DNA from: Stylophora pistillata
Lineage: Eukaryota
Reading direction: 5' to 3'
Length of the DNA: 64,000 bases
NCBI RefSeq assembly: GCF_002571385.2
Contig: NW_019218244.1
Coordinates: 1-64,000 of the forward strand
Shown in pieces: positions 49,088-61,097 of the stretch. The notes below the pieces were generated by a model. It saw only the letters and a list, made by a program, of their open reading frames with translations. It was not told the origin of the DNA and searched no databases. The stretch's first letter is position 1; every line of letters starts with the position of its first letter. The position numbers and the translations under genes were made by a program.

Positions 49088-51576
49088 TGTAATGGAGGGT
49101 AAGTGGCTTCGAATACAGGCGAGTGCTCTACTCGAACGCTCCTTTAATTCATGCTCTCACCACTATATATCTACACTCGCTTGCCTAGCTCTCCTCGTGC
49201 GTTAACATCCGGGCCCTAGCGTATGACCGTATTAGGTAACGACACTACATCTCTCCCCTCTTTGAAGCAAAAACCCACCTAGCATGATATGCGACTTAAA
49301 AGGAAACAAAACAAATTGAAACGACTTTCTAGCTGTTTCAAAGTCCTTAAGGCCTAACAGGATTGCAAAAGTGTTCAATGTTTCTAAGGCTTAAAGGAGT
49401 CCAAACACAACTCTAAACAAAGTCTTCAACAGTTCACGTAATTTGTTACTTATCAGTCACATTGCTTGTTGAAAATTCAAACTATAGCACGCAATAGTCC
49501 TGAAAAGAAATTTCCCTCTCTAATGAAGCATGATTTGAATGTGATTAATGGAATGCAAGTGAAAATGTGTCAGAACAGCAAAAAGAGGTAATCCTCCCGG
49601 TTAGCTCAATTGGTTAAGCGCCGGACTGTTGTGCGGGAGGTTGAGGGTTCGAGCCCCGGCCAGACCAACACTCAGGGTCTTAAAATAATTGAGAAGAATA
49701 TGCTACCTTTCTATAACATCGATCAAGAAATGGTTAAATATTCTAGTCTTCTCAGATAGGGACGNNNNNNNNNNNNNNAGGTTAGCAAAGTCCACACTGA
49801 GTTCTTTCCATGGAGCTGCTGGGAGTGGTGACATCTGTAGGGGTTCTCTCTTGCATTTAGGAGTAGTGATCAGGCATGCGCTGCATGACCTAACCTTGCT
49901 TTCCACCAGTTTGTCGATGTTCGGGAACCAGACCTTCTCGCGCAATAGAGACTTGGTTTTTAAGAGCCCTTGATGGCCTTAATGCGCTAGGTTAACCACG
50001 TGTTCCTGTAAACTCTTTGGGATAACTATGCGGGTTCCACGCAGAATGAGGTTGCCTGATGCACTTACCGCTAGCTCGTCCTTCACTCTTTCTAGGAGTC
50101 GAAACTCGGTAGAGTTGACACCAGGGCGTTTGACTACAAGGTGCCAGTTGCCTTTCACGATAGCCTCGGCTATGCCTTGAAGGGTGGCATCGGCTCGAGT
50201 AGCTGCTTCGATGTCTTGTGTCTTCAGAGCTTTGGGAGTCGAGGTAGTCGCTAGGTAATTGATGTACTCCTCTGCTATCTTCTGCTGCTGGGTCGTTTGG
50301 GCTGCATTCTTTGCTGGGTGCCGTGACAAGTAGTCTGCCGGGTTTGTTTCACCTCTACTATACTTGACTGTGATCTGATATGGCAGAAGTCTTAGTGCCC
50401 ATCTTTCAATTCGTGCGGGAGGCTTAGAACTTGGATTGCCATAGATGGTCACCAGGGGTTTGTGGTCTGTGGAGACTGTAATAGGCTTCCCATAGACATA
50501 CAAGTGTAAGTGCTCGCAAGCCCAAACCACGGCGAGGGCCTCCCGTTCTGTTTGGCTGTACCGCTGTTCGGTTGCTGTAAGGGAACGACTTGCATAGGTG
50601 ACCACATGTCTTTCTTCGGTCTTCTGGTCGACTTGTGAGAGAATGGCAGCTAAGCCCACTGGACTGGCATCAACCGAGATTTCTGTTTCCTCTTCCTTTT
50701 CCTTTTTGCGCTGGATAGTGCTTCTCTCAGCTGGTTAACTGCCTGGTCGTGCTCTGTTGTCCAACACCACGGTTGGTCCTTGTGGGTCAGCTTGCGTAGG
50801 GGTTCAGTTTTAGTGGCGTAATCTGGGATGAATCTTGAACAGTAATTTGTCATCCCCAGCAGGCTGCGAACCGCTGATGCTGAGGATGGTGTCGAAAGAT
50901 TGACCACTTCTTCAACTTTCTTCGGGTCTGGTACTATGCCATCTCTAGAGAACACGTACCCAAAGAACTCCAACTTGTCTTTCCTGTACTCACACTTGCT
51001 CTTGTTGAGGGTCAGGCCTTTCTCTCTTAAACGCTGGAAGACAGCCCTTAGGTTCTGATCATGTTCTTCGTGTGACTTGCCAAAGACCAGGATGTCGTCA
51101 CTGATTTTTTTTGCACCATCAATGCCTTCCAGAGTCACTCGGATCACATTTTGGAAGATTTCAGCTGCACTTGATATTCCAAAGTTGAGACGCTTGCAGC
51201 GCATTAAGCCCATGTGGGTACCAAAGGTGGTGATGTATCGGGACTCCGGTGCCAATTCGAGCTGGTTGTAACCCTGGTTAAGATCTAGTTTGGTAAAGAC
51301 CTTAGCTCCGTTCAAGTCTCCAATCATCTCTTTGATAGTGGGTGTGACGTGACGCTCGCGTCTTATCGCCTTGTTCGCCTGGCGCATATCCACGCACACG
51401 CGTACCTTGCCTGGAGATTTTCGCTTCGGAGCTACCACTATAGGAGACACCCAGGGTGTGGGGCCTTCGATACGTTCAATCACACCTAACTCTTCATCGC
51501 GTTGTAACTGCTCTTCTAACTGCTTACGCACATGGAATGGGACTCTTCTGTGCGGTTGTGCAACAGGTGGTACGTT
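49088..51576 (-). mobile_element. Decayed, 5'-truncated Ty3/Gypsy LTR retrotransposon
   Basis: RT (WVSPIV, RVCVDMR, KLDLNQGYNQ, LNFGISSA, ISDD), RNase H (YSQTEREAL, TDHKPL, NPADYLSR) and integrase zinc finger (H..GH, CSAC). A polypurine tract at 49250-49263 abuts the 3' LTR 49088-49249, which has TGTA..TACA ends. Confidence 0.92.
49596..49764 (+). mobile_element. tRNA-derived SINE 5' part within the Gypsy element, ending at a gap
   Basis: A box TAGCTCAATTGG and B box GGTTCGAGCCC; no closed acceptor stem. Confidence 0.7.
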
Positions 51577-51769
51577 TCGTGGTCGAAGAGAAGCAGCAGA
51601 AGACACTGAAATTTCTTGAACTTCTTTCGCTCTTTCCACTTGTAAGACTGATCGCAGACATGAATTTTAACTTCTAAAAACTAATTGTAATTCAAATGAG
51701 TTTTCCGACGACCGATCAATAACCATCGAATAGCTCGTCGGTCACTGTATGTTATTCAATTACATAACG

Positions 51770-52028
51770 AGCAATGGACATTCCTATGGGTGGCTCTTCT
51801 TGTCCACAGTTTCCAGATCGAAGTGGAATTTGGAATGTTGGTTTTTGCGGAGGGAGGAAAACCGGAAGACCCGGAGAAAAACCCTCGGAGCAACGACGAG
51901 AACCAACAACAAACTCAACTCACAGTAACGCCAGGTCCGGGAATCGAACCCGGGCCACAGTGGTGGGAGGCGAGTGCTCTCACCACTGCGCCATCCATGC
52001 TCTCACCACTGCGCCATCCCTGCTCCCC
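51770..52028 (-). mobile_element. tRNA-derived SINE with V-SINE-like core and duplicated A box
   Basis: The minus strand has GGATGGCGCAGTGGTGAGAGCA twice, B box GGTTCGATTCC and core GGGTTTTTCTCCGGGTCTTCCGGTTTTCCTCCC. Confidence 0.8.
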
Positions 52029-53333
52029 TTGCAAGTTATCTAGCGTTTTGAAAGGTCCATAATCTCTAAAATCAGTACCTCCTGGAAAAATATGCAATTT
52101 CGCCAAGTGCGCAACGCTGATGAGAAGGGTAGCGTAAAGGTCACGAGACTATTTTTGTCGAGAATCTTTTATGCTGCGATTGGGTTACAATGATCAACGA
52201 CGATTTTCCCCATTTATCACGCACTTTTTATGGAACAGAAATGCTTCCAAATCTATTTCCATTTTTTAATGCTTACCATCATTTTGAACATTTCCACTAT
52301 TTAAACCTTCTCGTGATCTTTGATAGAGAAGTATTTTTATTCTTTCCACTCCAAAGAGTAAAAACGGATGTGCCTAAAGATACCTCGAGAGACAAGTCAA
52401 TGAAAACAATACAGCACTTGAAATTAAGATATTATCAGTTAGAACAATTTTCAGACAACCAAAAATAAAATAAAGCTTGTGGATCTCATACTGGATAGAA
52501 TAGAATTTTCTTGTCAAGGTAGAAAGTTTATCATTGATCATTGTCTGGGAGACTCGAGTTGTAAGAGTTTTGAATATCGCTTTCACTTTCTGTGCGACAT
52601 TGTTTCACATGACAAATTTGTTCCGAGAAAAGTGGCAAACAGTCTTCATCATGTTAACAGCCCTTTCCCTAGATCTATTTTATCACTAAATCAACATCAT
52701 AACAGAGTACAATCTACATCAGTAAAAACTTTATTACAGAATTGTTCATATACTTACACCGACCAACTGCTGTTTCCAATATGAGAACTACTGGCTGTGG
52801 ATGAATCATTGAAAATGCTCTATACGCTCCACCCCTCTCCGCTCCACCCCTCTCCGCTTCACTCCTCTCCCCTCCCCCCCTCCCCGCAAGAATTGTTCCA
52901 TTCTCTCTTTTTCTACTCCTTGGTTTCCGTTAACGTTATCGTTAACGTCAGAGCTCGTACGTTATTGAAGAATGTCGTACACCGAACAGTTTCGATGAGT
53001 TTATCCGTAAACGGCCACACTGTACAGAATACTGGAAGGTGGAATTAGAAAACTATTGCAAAACAGCAGAGCGCGATTTTGCTACCAAAGAGTTAACATC
53101 CCGAGGGGTGTGTTCAGTTGTATAATGTCGAACTTAAATTTACAGTTTGCCAGTCTCTTCAGACGGTGAAAGTTTCCCTCATCGCAGAGGAATTTTCCCC
53201 GTAGGAATTTTGTATGCGGAAACGTAAGTCATTTTGCAAATTCAATGCAAACGAGTTCCGGTGTTAACTTTTGGGACGTGCGAAAGTTCCTCTGAAGCAT
53301 GAACGTCGTCGTTTCTTCTTTTAATCCGACTTT

Positions 53334-56300
53334 TCAGTCCCAGTACTTAATGAGTCCATCCCAGCCACAGGTCACCACCTTTGACGTCTCGTGAGGATGC
53401 CACAGGCAGGCGATGCAAACTGCGTCGTGGGCTTTAAACTTACTGCAAGACGAAAAAAAAATAATAAATAAATAAAACAAAAGATGTTACAAAAACTTCA
53501 AAAACAGAAGGTACGCTAACAAATAACACATTCTTTTTCCTTCAGGCTCTGAAAACAGAAACAGAACGGGTAGAAGTCAAACGCATTCTCACAAATCATC
53601 ATATTTCTTAGTTAGTAAGTGCGCTATGATTCGTCAAGGAAGCAGGCCATATTCACTGTATGGCCCGCTTCATTCAAAACTTTGTTTGAATTGAAATCCT
53701 CCCCTTTGTTTGAACCCAGACATGTAATGACCTCGTTTTCTCTGTCCGTACTGTACGTTACAGAACCTCGTATTTTCCCTCTCAGAGCGCTATAAAAATC
53801 GGTCCGTAACTTGCAGCACAGACCTCAAACTCGGTTAGTAAGAGGTTCTTGGGCCCTTATTACCTGTAGAGTTTTGTCGATTTCCAATCCCATATACAAA
53901 GCTTGCCATCTGCGTCGCCGGAAATAAGATAACTAAAAACACAATGAGCAAACAATAAACATTTGTATATTTCCCTATTGACACGGATAAAAGAAATACA
54001 AAATCTAAACAAGCAAACAAACACACACGCAAAGACCCTTGCAATTTTAGTTTTTTTTCCACTGGAATTTCATCGACATCAAACCACAAAGTTTGCAATA
54101 TTTTCTGACTTTCAGAAAGCTGTGGTCTGAATTTTACCTTCCATCCGGAGAGAAGTTCAACTGACATGCGTAGCCTGCAACCTAAACAAAGAATGAACAC
54201 TGGTATTTTCTGTGAGACGACTATTTCACCAACTTAAGAATTTTAAAATCCTTTATACCCTTATACCAGCATGCATATTCTCCATACTGTTCTCTATACA
54301 TTTTCTAAAGTGCTGACAAGGAGAATTTGTTTTACAATCAAAAGATTCTTTAGTTGGAGATCACTCCCTTCATTCTTGATTAACGGCTGAAAGCATTTAG
54401 ATGGGAGTCTCTCTTAGGAATCAAAGGTTTAACCCTCTCCACCCTAACATCAGTATACATATTCTCCATACTATTCTCTATACATTTCCTACGATACTTA
54501 CAAGGAGAATTTCTCTAACAATCAAGAGTTTTTTTTAGTCGTGATCATTTCCTTAATTCTCATGACATTGATGTTTAATTCAGGGGTGATATTGTAAGGA
54601 GAAATTAGATGCTGATCACTCTCAGGGGTCAATGTGTTCAATGATCGAATCGCTTGCTTCTCACCATGTGGCCTTTGAACGTTTTCTTTCTGTTCTGACG
54701 GAAACGATTTAGTACTGCGAACACCATGATTTGATTGTCCATAGACTGACATGCCATCCATTTGTCTGCAGAGACAACAAAGACGTAAATTCAACGTTTC
54801 AAATACCACGATATGCTTGGTGGTTCTCCTGTCTAGCGTTCGAGAATTTGGGGTTTCGTCTTGCTGAATAATATGTCAACATTTTAGAGAGAAGTTGGAT
54901 GTTTATCACTCCTGAGAGTAGAAACGTGTCTGATAACCAGTCACTTTTCAAAAGAAGGGAAGGGATTAGAATCGAGGCTCTTTATTTTACAGAGACGGGT
55001 TTGGAAACGAACGAGGTGACGTGCAGAAGAGCTGCGCGGTAGATCAGCGACCAAGTGCGGTTCCATTTAGCCTTGCGTCGAGGTCTCCGCTCAGGTCAAC
55101 TTCTTTTAGTGGCGGGTGGATACAATCCTATTACTGTCAGGTGCAAGTTTCAGGTCATTAATAACCGCAACGAAGTGAAAATAAGAGCAACTTACTGTTT
55201 GGGTGAAGAGCAACTGCAGGCATCGAATGCATACTGGGTTCGGCAATATACTTGAAATCCACAGGAATGTCCCTGATTTGAAATATGAAAAATCTAGAGT
55301 CAAATGACAGAGTTTGCGATGATTCTGAGAAATTAACTCTACGCGAGAAATATAGGATCGAGAGAAAGAAAGGTGCACGAAGAAAAAGATAAAAAATGAG
55401 TGCTCAAAAGTTAATCTTCGGTTGCAGTTTCCAGTCGAATTAGAATGTATATGTAGGGTGTTCTGAGTTTTTTTACCCGAGGGAATAGGTCCGAAGAGTT
55501 CAGTGAAAACCTCCTTGGAACATGACGAAAGCCAACCTGACAACCCTGGTCAACCAATATGTGCCGCCACGTCTAATGATCGAGCTTAGGTCGCAGCAGT
55601 GAGCACTTCTACCTCTGCATCTCTCAACTTAGAGAGAAATTGCAAGGTCCCGATCATCGCAAGAACTTGACGAACAAAATGACTGTTACAACTTTTAGTT
55701 TTAGTAAACACGAATGGACTAAGGAAGATATCGACACAGCTACTCACCATTCCCATACTCTGATACTTTTGTCATCTGAAGTCGTCACGAATCTTCTGTT
55801 TTGATCCACAAATGTTATCGTGTTCACCGCGCCAAGATGTCTGCAACGAAGCCCATATTTTAGACGATGCTCTCTTGCTTAAGGTGACACAACTACTTTC
55901 TACCTCGCTCCCAACGTGTGGCATCGTAACTCAGTTAGTAGCGACATAACTACTTTCTACCTCGCTCCCAACCTATGGCATCGTAACTCAGTTAGTAGTG
56001 ACGCCCAACTAGGGTCTGGGAGGGACAGGTTTGAATTCCGTCAAAGCCCGAACTTTTTTCAGGTTTCTGCTCATGTACGAGGATTATGACTTTACCTAAC
56101 AACTACTTTTAAAAGTACGGAGCAAGTTCAAGTTTTGGATATTTGGCTTGCCTTTTTCAAGGTTTTTTTTAGTTTGTTTATGTCTTATTTACCCTTTTGG
56201 AGAATTGCTACCCCACAACCTCATTATTTACAGGTGTTATTTTTGTTTCATTCAAAGGGCTTAGTTGTTGTTCGAAGAGACTAAAAATGATTCAGAGTAC

Positions 56301-59300
56301 TGATAAATAACTCTCATCATTGCCTTCAAGTTTAGTAGCAAAACTAAACAAGTTCAGTTTTGACCTACCTGTCGTATTCTTGAACAATTTCGTTCGCTCG
56401 GGTGTCCCACTGTAATCAGAGAAATAACTGTTAACAAGTAATTTGTGAGAGGCCAAGAATTAGGAGCCATGCCCTTTTTTCCCCTAAACCAAGCAATTCT
56501 GTGCTCGAAATTTGTTTGTAGAAAACAGCTTGTGTTCCCGCGACAATCCGATCAGTTTCTCAGATTGGTCATAAACACGGCGACTTCGGCACTTTTCCCC
56601 TTCCCACTTTACTCTATTGGATAAGTTCGTAAAAAATAATAATTATAATATCATCACGTAGCTGGCATTCTTTTTTCTTTGCCAAGTTTACCACTTGTCT
56701 ACTCTAAAATAATAATTTATCTTCTGGAGGGCATTTTTCCTCAAGAAAAAACATAGTGCACAGTTTACAGCAAACGCCACAACGGCTGAAAATGTCTCCA
56801 TTGTTACCGTTAATATTTTCTTGTCTGATGTTCCGCAAACGAATAAATGCTGCTTATCCTGAGAAGAAAGAGAAAAGTGGTTTTGTTCCGGAAAATCAAC
56901 GAGGAAATCTTGCAAAACCGACAGGTAACTATTACATTAAGTTAGAACAATATCTCATCAGCTCTGGTTCTATTTCAAAACATTAAGGCGTGTGACTAAC
57001 CTCGTCAGGGTTAAACTTGACACAGTATGGAACTTTTCGGTTGGTAAAACGTCCAGTGCACTGCCCTGCAACGTAGGTGTCATGTAAATTCTACCAGGAA
57101 AATATGAATCTAAACTGGAATTCGCTGTAGCGTTGACAAAACTGAAGACAATTTTTAAAGATTTCCCACCTGTTTCTGTGTCCCAAAGCTTGACATATCT
57201 ATCATAAGCAGCACTTAGAAACTGTGCTCCACTGTTGTTAAACGAAATGTCACGCACAGCTTTACTGTGACCTTAAAAAAAGACAACAACACAACATTAA
57301 CACGCACGTAGACTACCAGCAGTCCCACCTTTTTCGTCGAGGCCCATCTGAAGGGTCGAAAAAAAGTAAGTGAAAAAAGGAACCCGCGGTGCTGTAGCAT
57401 CGTAGTCTGACACACACTCGGGGTTACACACACCCTAATCTATCGCGTACTGAAGACCTAAGTCTGCTGATGCTTAAGGGAGGGGACTGGGAATTAGAGA
57501 AATGGCACCATACTATTCCTCTGTCAATGTCCTATCCAGTCCATGCGCTGCGAGCTACGTTACACTGGCTAAGGTTTAGTGATCGAGGCGATGAATAAGT
57601 CGGAACAGTCCTATGAAACCCAGCGAAGTTATCAAAGTTTGGATAAGGTACTGTAATCTTATTGGAATATGTTTCATGAAAACATAAAACTCAATAGGCC
57701 AGCATTTTTTAATGTGAATTGTGGCGCAATATTGTAAAAAGGTTAAACTAGACGAAACAAATGAAAACTCACCCATGAATGTTCTTAAACAGCGTCTTTT
57801 TCCGTAAACTTCCCAAAGCTTGAACCGACAAAATAAACAAAAACAAAATTAATAAAAAAAAAGTAGGACGAGAAGAAGGTACCCCAGAACGAGCAATGCA
57901 GCACACAATTTCGTAACTCAGTTCCCTTTTCCTCCTTTTCAGTTTCAGATTATTTTCAGCTTTAGGCTGTCACGACAGTGAAAGAGCCCCCAGTTGTCCT
58001 GTCTCCATCAATGCGATACTACGAACTTGTAATGCTGTTGAAAACGGAAAGTTTACAAAGTCTTGTGGTCAACAACTATGCAAGTTCTAACTCGTTAAGT
58101 ACTGTTATCTTGCGTGTATGGAATGTTGTACTGTAGTCAATTCCTTTGCAATTTTAATAGCAACATCTGAAAATATTTGAATATTATCTTTCCCTTCTAG
58201 CTATTCTACATTTCTCCATTTTGATACCAAAAAGGGAAGTTACATGTCATCACTTTTTGGTAGAGTTTTGTTCATTAGATGAATTGTAGAAGATTGTAGT
58301 TTGGTTGTACTGATTCAAGGCTCTTCTGCAGATAATTATGTTACAAACTTAGACTCTCTTCTGTTTGGATTAAAGAATTCTGAGATTATCGACTAAGCAA
58401 ATAACAGTCTGTCCATCAGTTGTACTGGTCAAACATACCTTAATTTTGCAGTCCATACTACAAGACAATAACAGGTGAGCTGACGTTGGAAAGAACCTGA
58501 TGGAGGAGACACCCTTTGAGTGTCCAGTCCTGCATGAGATTAAAATCAAAGATACATTGTAACCAGTATTGTTAAAGAAGGTTATTTTTCCATTATCCAT
58601 GTCTGAAGTACCCAAGTTAAAAAAAAATTATATTGGATATTGTGTAATAATTTGCAAGACAGAGAAGTCTACAGCAAGTTATGCAACATTAATTAATGAG
58701 CCTCCAGTGAATAACAGAGAGGTTTCTGTTTTTGTTTTATTTTAATAATTCCTTTTTAAAAAATTAATGTTTACAAATCACAAGGCAGCTATTGTTTCAA
58801 ATTAGTGCTTTAGCATCATAATCTCCAACTACAGGTGTTCTGCGGCAGAAACAGAAATCCCTTTAAAGAGCAGGCACATTTATTCGAAAGAAAAACTGTA
58901 AAACAGTAACACCCTATGACAAGATAAGATGTATTCTCGAACAAACACTCAACTAAAACTAACCATGTGTGAATGTGTTTCTTTGGTAAATAACATCTCT
59001 CTGGTGGTTCATCTGTATCCAGTTTAACATCCAGATCTTTTGGAATGTGAAGATAAGAGCGACCTTGATAGTCCACAGAATCTTGAACTAAAAGACAATT
59101 GATAAATAAAGTTAAATCAGAAACAATATACATCTGTGCACAATTAGAAGTCATGTAGAAAGACTGAGGTGACAAGAAGATGGCTCCATCTTCAGTTCAT
59201 ACACAAGTCATTTAACTTTGTCTAGAAGAAAAATCACTGTCACATACAGAGAGTATGTTGAGGTTGCAGACAGCTTCATGTACAAGGTTTCCATCATGTA

Positions 59301-60891
59301 AAATCTGAGGTTTCAATAAAAGCCAGTTGCCAGTGATCTACCACTGCTATACAATCTCTCACCATCCTCTGTTTAGCCAATGAACAGGCTCTTTTTTGGG
59401 GTTTCACTTTACAGCAAGCTGCTTTCACGCCACTGGCAGCTGCTTATGGAAAGAGCAACTAAATTCCCTGAACTAGAATGTGCACCTACAATTGAAATTT
59501 CCAAAACAGGGGACCAAATGAAAACATTTTTTTTTTTTTGACACATTCCCTTACCATGAAGAGTGGTCTTTTCTTCCACAACTTGTTCTTCATTCTTAGT
59601 TCTCTTTTGTTTTGTCATCTCAAATTCCTCAAGTTTAGCTGCTTGTTCCTTGAGAAAGATACAATAATTTTAAAAACTCTGCAAGTGTCAATTTATACAT
59701 TTAATGTTGCTTAAAAACTTAAATCCTCCTAATCTCACCTCAGAAGGCTTAGCAACTTTGGCTTCATCAACAAATGTTGCCCATGGACCTAAAAGGGAAG
59801 GTTACAGCTGTATGTCATTGAGTCTTGTATGCAAGAATTTGAAAGATATCACAAAAACAGAATGGAATAATAAGATAAAGGAAAACTGCATAGCTGTGTC
59901 AAAGTGATATGGTAAAATTTTGGTCCCAAATTCAATAAAATATTTCAAAAAAACTATGAACAATGTTGTTCTTTCTTTGCACTCTTTACCTTTGTATCCT
60001 TCAATGTCTCCAGGATCACCAGGCTTTTCTCGTTTTCTCTTGTCACCTGGGCGAGCTTCTGCTGCTTCAAATATTGTCAGGCCTGGAGAAAATACTTTCT
60101 TGGTTATAAGGTGCACTCAGTTAGAAGACGCACCCCAAACTTAGCAACTTAGTCAAGCCAAGTTCCCAAACTGAAAATTATGTGAAAATACTCAGTAATA
60201 AGATGCACCAAAAGGTTGAGAGTTAACAAAAGTTGTAATGGATCTGAGAAAGTTTCACAGTTGCTCTGGCAGTGAAAGCAAATGGCGAAAAATTCCCACG
60301 AAAAGTCATAATCAAAGGTGTTCGACAGCTGAATATCAACACGCCACCAAGGATGCCAGTTTCAGTGCATAAAAAAGGCTGGATGGAAGAAGAAGGCAGG
60401 TTTTATATCCACATCATTTATTCAGAGGAACTTTTCAAGCACGTGACAAAAACACGATTCTAGGAATTTGAAATGAGGTTTTTTTATCATGGATATCACG
60501 TTACCAAGTGTTAAGAAAGTATGCAAATTTCCGTTTGTTTGCTTCTCTGTTTTCCTCTTTTTAACTGTAAGTTCTGCTAAAAGTTGTGATCTTAAGATTT
60601 AGTTGCACAAAAATACTTGGCCATAAGACACACCCCAATTTCAGCACTAACTTTCCACCCAAGACAGAATTTTCTTCAAAAAACCGTGCGCCTTATAACC
60701 GAGAAAATAAGGTAAATCAAATCCTATGTAACAGTTCTACCACAATTAATGTGCTAAAGAAATGGAAAAATAAGCAAGGGATCACCCAGTCTAAACAAAC
60801 TAAAATTAATCAGAAATGTTGAGTTTTTCCTCGCTTGCATTTAAGGTACATACCTTTCTTCTCCTCTGCTTTTTCAACATCTCCAACAAAC
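53334..60891 (-). CDS. CDC40: Pre-mRNA-processing factor 17 (WD40); 5' exons lie beyond the window
   Basis: About 17 exons from 60854-60891 ([12 protein letters not shown]) to 53334-53442 ([34 protein letters not shown]). Internal motifs [53 protein letters not shown] and FKGHMVAGYAC. Confidence 0.95.
54245..54632 (+). repeat. Two tandem copies of an abundant approx. 200-bp interspersed repeat; relatives near 640-730, 38160-38370 and 46110-46323
   Basis: catattctccatact..tctctatacattt..acaaggagaattt..acaatcaa starts at about 54274 and again at about 54458. Confidence 0.75.
55889..56090 (+). mobile_element. Degenerate tRNA-derived repeat with a 58-bp tandem duplication
   Basis: aactactttctacctcgctcccaac..tggcatcgtaactcagttagtag occurs twice, followed by B-box-like GGTTTGAATTCC and ttttttcagg as in the 7635 family. 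Confidence 0.55.
60094..60713 (+). mobile_element. Internally deleted pogo/Tigger-like DNA transposon
   Basis: Imperfect TIRs tttcttggttataaggtgcac and gtgcgccttataaccgagaaa. The internal fragment [12 protein letters not shown]...KKGWMEE resembles a DDE_1 transposase. Confidence 0.6.
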
Positions 60892-61097
60892 CTATTCATA
60901 CATTATAATGGATCAATGAATAACTATTGATTTGTACAAATAAAAATTAATATTTCAGCCACCATTTGGTGGTTTATGTTGCTGTCTGTCCTTTGTGTTG
61001 GGATATTCCTTTTAAGTCTTTAGGTAAAAGATGAAAAATTGCATTCTACCTGTACATGTAATTCAAAACACTCTGCAAACCTCTCTCCTTTCTATAC

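Noticed and set aside
52190-52790. Cluster of short ORFs as a further gene or viral remnant
   Set aside because: Overlapping short ORFs with no motif or splice structure; too weak to support.
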